From Octopus sinensis (Eukaryota), in assembly GCF_006345805.1 (NCBI RefSeq), contig NC_042999.1:168702001-168766000 (forward strand): 64,000 nt of DNA. The letters are read 5' to 3'. Both the position numbers and the translations under genes were made by a program. The notes beneath the pieces were generated by a model, which was not told where the DNA came from, searched no databases, and saw only the letters and a program-made list of their open reading frames with translations. Positions 50,452-62,169 of the stretch are shown here, in pieces. Position 1 is the first letter of the stretch; each line of letters opens with the position of its first letter.

Positions 50452-51630
50452 GTGGTCAGTGCTAACAATAATATTAACAGCAATCATAACAATAAAAACT
50501 CCGTCTTAGTCTCGGTGGCAAACCCTAACAGATTAAAGTTTTTGTCCAGTAATTCCAAAATTAGAAATTCCATTTACCAGTGTAAAATTTCTTCTGGTAC
50601 CAGTGTCTTATTCTATATTGGGGCGACTACTTCTAAATTATCCCAGAGGATTTCCAATCATTATTCAACTTTCCGAGATAAGAGAAAGCAACAAAGTACA
50701 GGACTAAGTAAATTAGTTTGGTGTCTTAAGGACAGCAATATAACTTTCAAGCTGGAATGGTCCATATTGTCTGTATCCTTTCCGTTTGATAAGGGCAGAA
50801 AATTTTGTGGCGTCTGTAATTCCGAGCTTTTCCATATACTTTTCGCCAAATTCCCTTTGGTAAACACAATGGTAGAAAAATCCTATAGGTGCTTGCACTG
50901 GCAGAAACACACCTTCCACTCATATGAATGATGATTAATATAGATAACCTCCTTGAATTTAATAATTTGGTTCCACTTCTACAACACCACCATAGACAAA
51001 TTTTTATACTCCGTTTCTTGAAGGACTACTACCAAATTCGTTGGGGCATGTTTTACCTTTGTCTCTCTACCTCTCCCCCTCTCTCTCTCTCCCTCTCTCT
51101 ATCATAAGCACAATCAAACACACAGACACAAACCTGTCACTTCACCACTAGTTGTATTTGGCATTTATCCCCCCACACACACAATCACGCACACACATAC
51201 ATACACATAGACACGAATGCAGTTATATACATACACACACATAGGCACTCAATCTCATTAGCAAAAGCAAACAACAACACATCACCATACATACGACTTG
51301 CACCCTGTCACCTTCCTATTCTTAGAACTCTCCCCTTCCAACCTTTTTTGAACTCTTGAACTTTCTAGAATCTTCTCCATTCAACCAATTTTGACGTCAC
51401 TGCTTATAACGGAATATTTTAAAGAAACACTCAGTATCACTATGGACTCCGTGTGGGCAGTCATCTAAAAGTTTTTGTTCGTCATGATACTGACACAAGT
51501 TCCTTGTCTTTCCTGATGAGAAGGCGGCATAATGCACCCCTTATTCCTTCGGAATTAGAAATATGCAGTCTTCGAAACATATGTCGAGAATAAAGGAATT
51601 TTGTTAAATCGTCGTTCAACTCCATTTTTT
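50452..51630 (+). mobile_element. Penelope-like element 3' fragment (GIY-YIG plus pseudo-LTR hammerhead)
   Basis: SIYQCKI...FYIGATTSKLSQRISNHYSTFR...STGLSKLVW..K...W.IL...CGVCNSE; hammerhead at 51509-51589; inverted hammerhead segment upstream at 49867-49993. Confidence 0.85.
51509..51589 (+). ncRNA. Type I hammerhead ribozyme with intact core and extended stem II
   Basis: tttc-CTGATGA-GAAGGCGGCATA...TATGCAGTCTTC-GAA-ACATATGT-C-gaga; predicted GUC cleavage after 51585. Confidence 0.82.
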
Positions 51631-51666
51631 AATTTATTTATATATATATGTATATATATATATATG

Positions 51667-51757
<91 letters not shown>

Positions 51758-51999
51758 CCTGGTAAAAGTTAGATAAATTGTGTTGATCATAGAATTTAGT
51801 TTAAATTTGATATAGTTTATGGGAAAGGGATAAATAAGTTAATATATAAGATATACATGAATATTAATGCAAGGGCAAGATATATATGAATATTAATACA
51901 AGGGTAAATATATATCCATACATAAAGCAGGGGTTAAAAGTATGTTGATTATAAATAAGAGCTTAATGTAGTAAAGGGGGTAAAAGATTAAATATGTAG

Positions 52000-54900
52000 T
52001 CAAAAGGGTTAGACATGGATGCAAATGCAAGTTATAAAATATATAAGTAATTAAATATTATATCAGTATTTTGAGAATACAAATTTTGTCCTATGAATAC
52101 AGGAGACGTTGTGTTCATCCTGAAGGTTAAGAATAGGGTATCTTGCCAAGAGAATAAAAAATTTTTCATTTAGGCACAAATGACATTTACTCATATTTAT
52201 TTGATAAGAGGTTAGTATTTGCCATTTTAAATCGTACTGTATATTCTTATCTTTTAGCTCCCAAATGAATTTACTCAGTGGAACCAGATCGACGTCTATT
52301 TCTGAAGGAATAGATGTGAGAGGCTAAACGTTTCTTAATCTCATTCCGTGTTGAACCTTTATAACAACTCTTCATTCCCTGTACCGTTAGACTACATTGA
52401 TCTACTACACTTTTACGCTTACATGCATTTCTAAGTAAGCAGTTACTTTTAATTCTACAATCACAGTTATTAGGTATAATATTGGCTTCAGGGATATTAG
52501 ATGAATGGACCATATTATGAGTAGATGTACTGCTCTGTAAAAATGTGTTATTGGCATTAAAATTTGCACTAGGGTTATCTATAGGGGGTTAACAGTATTA
52601 CAGATATTTACATTCTATTTGTATAGAATAAGTCCAATTTCTTATTATCTACAACAGAGATAATAGTAGCCAGATTCTGGGTTAAACTATACCCTATTTT
52701 GATAGTTTTAATATTAATAATTTCATGATATTTATTGTTATTATTAAAAGGCTTATAATTAAAAGGATAGATTTTACTAGATTACTCTTAATTGTGTAAC
52801 GCCATATATTCAGTATCAACCATATATTCTTCTTCTTCTTCTTCTTCTTCTTCTTCTTCTCTTCTTCTTCTTCTCCTCCTCCTCATCCTTCTTCTTCTTC
52901 TTCTTCTCCTCCTCCTCCTCCTCCTCCTTCTTCTTCTTCTTCTTCTTCTCCTTCTCTCTTCTTCTTCTTCTTCTTCTTCTTCTTCTTCTTCTTCTATGTT
53001 TCAACTCCTCCTAGTAGAGTGTGTGTGGGGGGTATTGTAGTTTGCTCTATATCTGTCTGATCTATTTTTGCTTCTGTTATAATTTTTATTTCTATTTTCA
53101 ACTTTATGCTTATTCACACTTTCCTTTATATTTTGTCACTAACATTATTTTTGATTTTATAACTATTATATTTGTTTCTGATGTTTTTATTGATGCTGGG
53201 TGGTTGCTTTGGGAGTGCATCTACTTAATATTGGAGTCAGGCTTTTTAAAAGGCTCATGGAGCCCTGTTACTAAATTAACATTTGCATCCTAAAAAGTTT
53301 ATAGAATTATACTCTCTTTCAATTGGGATGGTAAAACCAAATCTCTTAAAGAATTTCTATAGTCATTTCTTAATTAGTTCCATGTGTCTATTGGAGAGTT
53401 TTTTTACGATGAATAATACTTCATCTCTATATAATCCACCCTCAATCTCAGGGAATTCATCATGTAGCATGGGAAGAAGATAGATTCCCACTAAGTCTGT
53501 TGAGCCGAGTTAGGGGACCCCATAGTTACATCAAAACTATCAGGGGTATCCTTTCTGAGCCATAGTTTGTTGTCAAATTCTATAATTGATCTACATACTA
53601 TTAAGTATTACATTTATTTCCTTCATTGTAATCTCTATATATATAAACGGCAAAATGTCTGTGTATCCTTTATACAAATCCAGTTTTTCACGTAAAAGGC
53701 TCGCATATTCTATAGGCTTTCAAAACTGTCTGAGGGTGGTTGTGAAGATCTTTTCATTTCCCCAGTCACCCCAGAAAGCCATTTAAAAAATCGATAAACC
53801 GACCCCTTACGCCCATAAGTTATTTCACAGCAAAATTCGAGTTTTTCGCTTTCTTCTGCCTCCTTTTTTGTCTGACTAATGGCATGTGCACAGTCCCATT
53901 AATTTTCCATGATTATGCCGTTCCAGATATGAAAACCGAACTCCAATGAATATTAATTACTCTCATAAACAGCTCCAACTAGCTCATAAACAACAAAACT
54001 GAAAAGGAAATGTGATAAGAAACTTAGATCTTGATTTAATGAGAAATTTTTACTGCGACCCAGCAACGAACAACAAGCACTAACACTAGACCTGGCAACG
54101 CTAGTGCTAGTGCTTGCAAACAAGAGGGTGTTGTTTAATATAGTGGAATTTTCTGTGTATTTGACCATAATTCTAGGGCTATTTTATTTTTAAGTGTGGG
54201 TATGTATTTATCTAAGATGATTTTACTAAGCTTACCTAAAAGTGATTTAGCTGGGCAAATAAGTCTGACCTTAGGATCAGTTAAGAAATTCTCTTTATGG
54301 TCTTTAAGCAGGACCTAACCGGTACAAAGAGCTCAGTTTTGTCTTGAATATTATAATCAAACATAATTTTCCTAACTTCTATATTAATTAATCTAAGAGC
54401 ATTTTGCTTACAACTTTACATTATTTTGTAATTCCTTTGTGTTGTAAATTATGATAAGTTTCAGTATTTAGGTTGTATGTGTTTTGTGTTTTATCTGAGT
54501 GTACAAAAATTCCATCCTTAGATCTGAGTTCATGTATAAGGCTCTTAAGTTTTCGTTGATGCCCATGTTCCTAAGAGGGTATTTTTAAAATTTCAAGTTT
54601 TTAATGGTATTCCTTGCGTCCCGCTCAAACTTATCCAGATAACTATTTGGTATAGAGGAATTTTCTTCATTTTAAATATCCTTGAAAGAGTTTCACTATT
54701 TGAGTTATTTTCAGAGTCTTGTATTTCCTGTTTTTTGTCAAAATAAAAAGTCTTCCATCTGAGTCTACAGGTAAAGTCATTCATTTTGGAAATGAGTTCC
54801 TTTATGTATATATTCCTTGGAGGGGTGGGGACATCCTTAAGAGAGGAGTCAATTTTTGCCATCTCCATTTTACCAGTATTATTCATATCTGGTTAATATT

Positions 54901-55510
54901 ATTATTGTAGAAGTAATAATAAACCAAGTTAAAAACCATTAAAAGAATCAGGTAAAGGTAATAAACCTCATAAAGGAATCATAAATCCCATGAAAATAAA
55001 TCCAATGAAAATACTGGTTAGTTACCAATCTAAAGAAAGTTCAACTATAAGGTAACCATATAAACCGTGATTCATATATTTATATATTTAAAGAATAAGG
55101 AGAAAATGGAGAGGTAATTAATAAAATTATTTATTAATTATAAAATATGACAACATCTCTGACAACTGTTTTGATTCAGAAATCTTTATAAGCCTTTATC
55201 TCAAAATGTATTTCTAATCAGTATATCTTTACTACCTCTGAAGAGATTCATCTTATAATGATTTTATTTTTATAAATTAATTATCTAAAGATTTCTGAAA
55301 CAAAACAGTTGTCAGAGATGTCATATTTTATAATTAATAAATAATTTTATTAGACACCTCTCTATTTTCTCCTTATTCTTTAAATATATAAATATATGAA
55401 TCACGGTTTATATGGTTACCTTATAGTTGAACTTTCTTTAGATGGTAACTAACCAGTATTTTCATTGGATTTCTGATCCTTTGATGAAGTTTATTACCTT
55501 TACTTGATTT
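52000..55510 (-). mobile_element. Near full-length degenerate Penelope-like element with inverted pseudo-LTR
   Basis: N-terminus SLKDVPTPPRNIYIKELISKMNDFTCRLRWKTFYF (54593-54886); RT GGLYRDE at about 53420; GIY-YIG-like CDCRIKSNC...YKGSTRNEIKKRLASH (52271-52513); inverted repeat 54947-55509; Helitron 5' fragment inserted at 53632. Confidence 0.8.
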
Positions 55511-55513
55511 TAG

Positions 55514-55606
<93 letters not shown>

Positions 55607-55752
55607 AATATGTTACATTACTCGATAGTCAAGATAAAACTCAGAGTTTTATCTTGACTATTGAGTAATGTAACATATTATTGTATAGATAAATTTCTTC
55701 TATTTACATAATATTGAGGTCTCTTTCTTTCTTTTGTTATCTTACCGTTTTA

Positions 55753-55793
<41 letters not shown>

Positions 55794-57367
55794 TATATAT
55801 ATACATATATTTCGCTCTTGTATTTGGTTGCAAGATTCTTTATGTGAATTCAAGTGTTGATGCATATCTCATTATGTCTTGGGAGAGTCATTCTGTTTTA
55901 ATGCCTTACCGTTTAATCACATCCATTTCCCCTCATTTACTCACTCATTTTTTCTAAAATTTTTGTTGCTTTTTGCAAACTCTTCAATAGTTGTTGACTG
56001 TCCATTATCAGAACTGCATTCTTTTTTGTGTGCATCAGGGTGCATGTGTATACACATATGTATGCATGCATGTATGTATGTATGTATATGTGTATATATA
56101 TGCATGTGTGTGTGTATGCATATATATATATATTTATGCATCTGTGTACGTTTGTGTGTAAGTATTCTGCCTATACATGTGTTTGTGTCCATATTTGTGC
56201 GTTTGTATGTGTTTCTGTGTGTATTTGTGTGTGTACCTCTCTATCTCCTTTTGTGTGCATGTTTAAATGTGTCTATGTGTATGGGTTTGTGTGACTATGT
56301 ACGTGCATCTGTTATGTATGGATGTGTGTTTCCATGCGTCTTTGTGTTTGTGTGTGTGTATGTGTGAAGTGTGTGTATATGGTCATGCGTTTCAGCCTTG
56401 TGCGTGTGTGTGCGTATCCGTCCATACTACCTATGTACCTATCTATCTACTTATCTATTTGTTTACTTACATATACTCTTTTGCTCTTTAACTTGTTTCA
56501 GTCATTTGACTGCGGCCATGCTGGAGCACCGCCTTTAATCGAGCAACTCGACCCAGGGACTTATTCTTTGTAAGCCCAGTACTTATTCTATCGGTCTCTT
56601 TTGCCGAACCGCTAAGTGACGGGGACGTAAACACACCAGCATCAGTTGTCAAGCAATGCTAGAATGACAAACACAGACACACAAACACACACAGACACAC
56701 ACACACATATATATATATACATATATACGACAGGCTTCTCTCAGTTTCCGTCTACCAAATCCACTCACAAGGCTTTGGTCGGCCCGAGGCTATAGCAGAA
56801 GACACTTGCCCAAGATGCCACGCAGTGGAATTGAACCCGGAATCATGTGGTTGGTTAGCAAGCTACTTACCACACAGCCACTCCTGCGCCTATACATATA
56901 ATGTTATCTTTGGTCTTTCTAGCTCCTAGCTAGAAAGAAGTCAGATAGCATTATATGTAATGAAACCAGTGGTGCCTTCCCTAGATACGAAGTAAAGACT
57001 GGAATAGGAAACAGAGTTTGTGACAAAGGAAACAGGATGAACAGGATGGTACAAGGCCGACAAATATCAAGGAGTAATGTTTCAAGAGGCCACAGCCCAT
57101 GGAGAATTAGCCCAAAGATTTAGGAAAGCTCTGAAAATTAGCCGAAAAATTTAGGAAAGGAGGCCAAACTCAACATTAAGTTCATTTCTAATTTTGATAC
57201 GTACCGAAGCAATTAGTTGACTCCTGATTATAATTACATATATAATTATAGAATATATTGTATAGTTCACCTAAAAAGGTTATTTTAACGTACTGACAAC
57301 TTTGTAGAATTATTAATTATTAACCAATCAATTAATTAATTGATTAATTAATTAATTAATCTTCCCC

Positions 57368-57412
<45 letters not shown>

Positions 57413-57730
57413 ATAAATTGAGAAATTGAGTCAAACTCAGGTGTTGTTCAAATCTTTATACTTCCGACATATGTTTCGAAGAAAACATTGATATTCTTCA
57501 AAACACTGACACTCTTTGAAACATGTCGAAGTATGAAGATTGAAATAACCTCCATTTCTTAATTTATCTCTGTTATACAAAAACATTTCACTTAACCCTG
57601 GAATTTCTACCTTTATAAGTAGGCTGTAATATCCTTGACACTTAAGTGAATTTTTGCTACCCTGATAACTATTTATTTATTTTTCCGTGTTTTTTTGTAC
57701 ACATTGGAAAAAAGGCATACATTATATATC

Positions 57731-57767
<37 letters not shown>

Positions 57768-58615
57768 CGCCATGTTGATTCGCTAGCCTCTGCACACATT
57801 TTTTTTCTCTCCTTGTTTCTTTCTGTGTTTCTTTTCTGTGTATCTTTCTGTTGAAGAGCGTCGGCTCGAAACGTAAAAGACTTGTTTTATTTATATTCCT
57901 GAGCGCCATACTAATACAATTGTTTGTTTGTACTCCACCTGCCTTCGTCTTTTGTTTATTTTTCATAAAGCTTCCCGTTATATAAAAATATATATATGCA
58001 ACAAGAAATATTTGTCTCTTTTTATAGAAACAAATTTAATGTTGACCCAAACTTAATGTTTAATGCTTATATATATATATATATATATATATATAGATAG
58101 ATAGATAGATAGATAGATAAATAGATATATATATATATACTTTTACTTGTTTCAGTCATTTGAATGCGGCCATGCTGGAGCACCGCGTTTAGTCGAGCAA
58201 ATCAACCCCAGGACTTATTCTTTGAAAGCCTAGTACTTATTCTATCAGTGTCTTTTGTCAAACCACTAAGTTACGGGGATGTAAACACACTAGCATCGGT
58301 TGCCAAGCGATGTTGGGGACAAACACAGACACAGAAACACACACACACACAGACTCACGCACGCGCGCGCGTGCACACACACATATTGCAATTAATCAAA
58401 GAACATACTAAGTATGTCTACCTGCTGGAAATAACAGTCAAATCTCTTATTTAAATCGCCAAAATACGAGTTTTGAGTGTTATTTCCAGCAGGTAGACAT
58501 ACTTAGTTTGTCCTTTGATTAATTTTAATCCTTCAGTTATTTAATGCTTTTTGGGGGGCATGCAATCGCAAATTATTTATTCGTGAATTATTTTTCTTGC
58601 GAATTAATTGCTCTG

Positions 58616-58648
<33 letters not shown>

Positions 58649-59029
58649 TATATATAATTTAAAAATAGGATAAAATCTTTAAAAGAATTCATCAAGTAAA
58701 ACCTCATGAGAGAAAAATCCATCAATTTTTCTCTTGAATACATTTATTTATATTGAGGGCATTACAATACATAAATGCCACACACTAGGAGGGACTCTTA
58801 AAGTTTAAACTACCAAAATAAATAAATACATAGTACCGAATGTGAAGGAATGTAACTCTTGAGGCCAGCCTCTTAAAAACAGAATTCAGCTGCATATCAT
58901 ATGATTTCATAATTAGTGCACAAATCCACTTTTTAATCCTCAGTGCAAGCATAATTCAAGATTTATAAAAAATGAACAAAAAACAACATACCAGACGAAC
59001 GCCCAATGTATCCAGCGTAACTATATATA

Positions 59030-59080
<51 letters not shown>

Positions 59081-59547
59081 CATACATACACACACACACC
59101 ACACACACACACACACACACAAACATATATATATATATAAACATATATATATATATGTAGAGAGAGAGACCTAAGTGTACGTACACAGCTATATGTATAT
59201 ATGTATATATATGTATATATATATAATACAAAATGGGACAAGAACGCAAAACATCCAGATAGACGAGACAAAGAAAACAAGGACAGGTCATGGGTCATTT
59301 GAAGTTTTCTGTCTTCAGTCAAGTACCAGAGTATCTTTGCGATTTCAGCTGATTATACTTGAGATTGCTCCAATCTGGCCAGCCCTAAGGAAAAACTAAG
59401 CTAAGTGCATTAGATTCCTTGGAAGAAAGCGGCGAATGTATACAACACAACCGAATAATTGTCACTTATTATATTTACAGATAAATTCCTCTATTTACAT
59501 TATATCGAGGTCTTTTTCATTCGTTTGTTGTCTTACCATTTCTATCA

Positions 59548-59579
<32 letters not shown>

Positions 59580-60895
59580 TTGTGTAGACCACTTTCAGTT
59601 TCTATCTACCAAATCCATTCACAAGGCTTTGGTCGGCCCGAGGTTATAGTAGAAGACACTTGCCCAAGGTGCCACACAGTGGGACTGAACCCGGAACCAA
59701 GTGGTTGGTAAGCAAGCTACTTACTACACAGCCACTCCTTCGCCTAGAAACATGGAACGCTTCACGAATTTGCGTGTCATCCTTGTGCAGGGCCCATGCT
59801 TATCTTTTCTGTATCGTTCCAATTTTAGAATATGTATTGCCGAAGCATATTTTATGTTTGCACGCATATATGTGTGAGTGTATGCGCGCGCGCGTGTATA
59901 CGTATATACATGCGTATGTAACTAGAAGAAGAAAGAAAAGAAAACAAGGAAAGTTTTATATTATTTTATTTATTTATTGTATATATAAACGTGTAAAAGT
60001 TTTATATATATGTAGATGCATCTATGCGTACATATTTGTTAATAGGCGGCGAGTTGGCAGAAACGTTAGCACGCCGGGCGAAATGCGTTGCCGTATTTCG
60101 TCTGCCGTTACGTTCCGAGTCCAAATTCCGCCGAGGTCGACTTTGCCTTTCATCCTTCCGGGGTCGATAAATTAAGCACTAGTTACGCACTGGGGTCGAT
60201 GTAATCGACTTAATCTCTTTGTCTGTCCTTGTTTGTCTCCTCTGTGTTTAGCCCCCTTGTGGGTAGTAAAGAAATATATATGCATGTGTGTGTACGCACG
60301 CGCGTATGTGTGTATACATATGTATATGTACGTTTGTGTTTGTATGTGTATACGTGTATACTCTCTTTTTACTCTTTTACTTGTTTCAGTCATTTGACTG
60401 CGGCCATGCTGGAGCACCGCCATTAGTCGAGCAACTCGACCCCGGGACTTATTCTTTTTTTGTAAGCCCAGTACTTATTCTATCGGTCTCTTTTTGCCGA
60501 ACCGCTAAGTAACGGGGACGTAAACAAACCAGCATCGGTTGTCAAGCAATGCTAGGGGGACAAACACAGACACACAAACAAACACACATACATATATATA
60601 TATACATATATACGACAGGCTTCTTTCAGTTTCCGTCTACCAAATCAACTCACAAGGCATTGGTCGGCCCGGGGCTATAGCAGAAGACACTTGCCCAAGA
60701 TGCCACGCAGTGGGACTGAACCCGGAACCATGTGGTTGGTTAGCAAGCTACTTACCACACAGCCACTCCTGCGCCTATTTGAAAAATATGAATTACCCAC
60801 GTGTCATTGATAAGTGCCAACACACGAAACTTTGTGACCTTGAGTCACTCCGTTGCTTCGGCCAAATATTAACGCGCGCGCGTGATATGTATGTG

Positions 60896-60932
<37 letters not shown>

Positions 60933-61146
60933 AGGCCACTTTCAGTTTCTGTCAACCAAATCCATTCACAAGGCTTTGGTCGGCCCGAGGTTATAGTAGA
61001 AGACATTTGCCCAAGGTGCCACACAGTGGGACTGAACCCGGAACGAAGTGGTTGGTAAGCAAGCTACTTACTACACAGCCACTCCTGCGCCTAGAAACAT
61101 GGAACGCTTCACACACACATATTCATGCCCCTGCATCTACAGACAT

Positions 61147-62169
61147 CTAATAAATGTTTGTTTGAGTGATTGTGGAGGGTAAATTGGAGTCCTCACGTAC
61201 ATCCGGGTAGACTGCGTTATCCTTACAACAACGAGAGCACATGCAACAGGAGAAATTCTTTTTTAGCTGACGTAAGAACCCGTCCAAGTGTCCTGAGTAT
61301 ATGATGACATTCATGAAACTGTTGCTGTTTGCCAACCAAGCCACTGTGAATTCAACTTCTTCGGGTACATCTGTAAACACATTAAAGGCCTTCAAGTAGG
61401 CAATTAGTGTATAAGGACCCCAGGCAGCAATGTAACATATTGTGCTTATTTTTAGCATCCTGATAGCTTTCAAATCTCTGGAACATTTTACCTGTCCTCG
61501 GCGATTAGTTTTCGCTTGTTGAATTGCTAGAAGGGCCTTTGAAACTTTGTACGAAGAAAAAAAGATTACGGCAGCACTTAAAATAGGAATATAGAGACCT
61601 GTAGCAATGCAAAAAATTACTGATTTCCACTTCATTCCACACATAACGATAGTCTCTTGATATCCGTAATATTTTGAATCGAAAATATGTGGGGAAAGAA
61701 AAGTTATCAAAGAAAACAACCAAACTGCTATCAAAATGCCAATTGAATAGTACATCTTTTTAGCGTTTCGATATCGGACTGGGAAGTTAATAGCGATATA
61801 TCTGTCTAAACTAACGATAGCTAAGCACCAAATCGATACTGTACACGTGATGCCATGCAAAATACATGACACTGTGCAATATGTAGTACCTAATAACCAC
61901 CTGTCACAGGCGGAAGCTAAGACAGCAGGCAAACAAACAAAGAAACCATTTATAAAATCAGCAACGCTCAAATTAATGAGAAGAACCTTTCCTAAGGTCT
62001 GAAGTTCCCTGACTTTTCTAAGAATCCACATGTTAATAATGTTGCTAAAAATAATGGCTACAGTGATGAGTCCAAGCAATATTGTACGCAAAATGACTAT
62101 AGTTCCTGAATGACGGATTAGTTTGTCTTCTGTCCGATTCTGCAGCGAAAAATTGGCATACATCCTCAT
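61147..62169 (-). CDS. Intronless class A (rhodopsin-like) GPCR, 340 aa, orphan
   Basis: Seven hydrophobic segments; NLSVADF (TM2), W..G...C, SLDRYIAI, WGPY (TM6), NSFMNVIIY (TM7); N-terminal NFS and NRT glycosylation sites; C-terminal Cys cluster; uninterrupted ORF. Confidence 0.93.
   Translation of the reverse strand: MRMYANFSLQNRTEDKLIRHSGTIVILRTILLGLITVAIIFSNIINMWILRKVRELQTLGKVLLINLSVADFINGFFVCLPAVLASACDRWLLGTTYCTVSCILHGITCTVSIWCLAIVSLDRYIAINFPVRYRNAKKMYYSIGILIAVWLFSLITFLSPHIFDSKYYGYQETIVMCGMKWKSVIFCIATGLYIPILSAAVIFFSSYKVSKALLAIQQAKTNRRGQVKCSRDLKAIRMLKISTICYIAAWGPYTLIAYLKAFNVFTDVPEEVEFTVAWLANSNSFMNVIIYSGHLDGFLRQLKKNFSCCMCSRCCKDNAVYPDVREDSNLPSTITQTNIY

Noticed and set aside
52792-53040. 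Poly-Ser/Leu or poly-Arg/Lys/Glu ORFs
   Set aside because: Translations of a (TTC)n/(CTC)n microsatellite.
55879-56491. Cys/Val/Tyr-rich ORFs (also the many YIYI ORFs elsewhere)
   Set aside because: Translations of (TG)n and (TA)n microsatellites.
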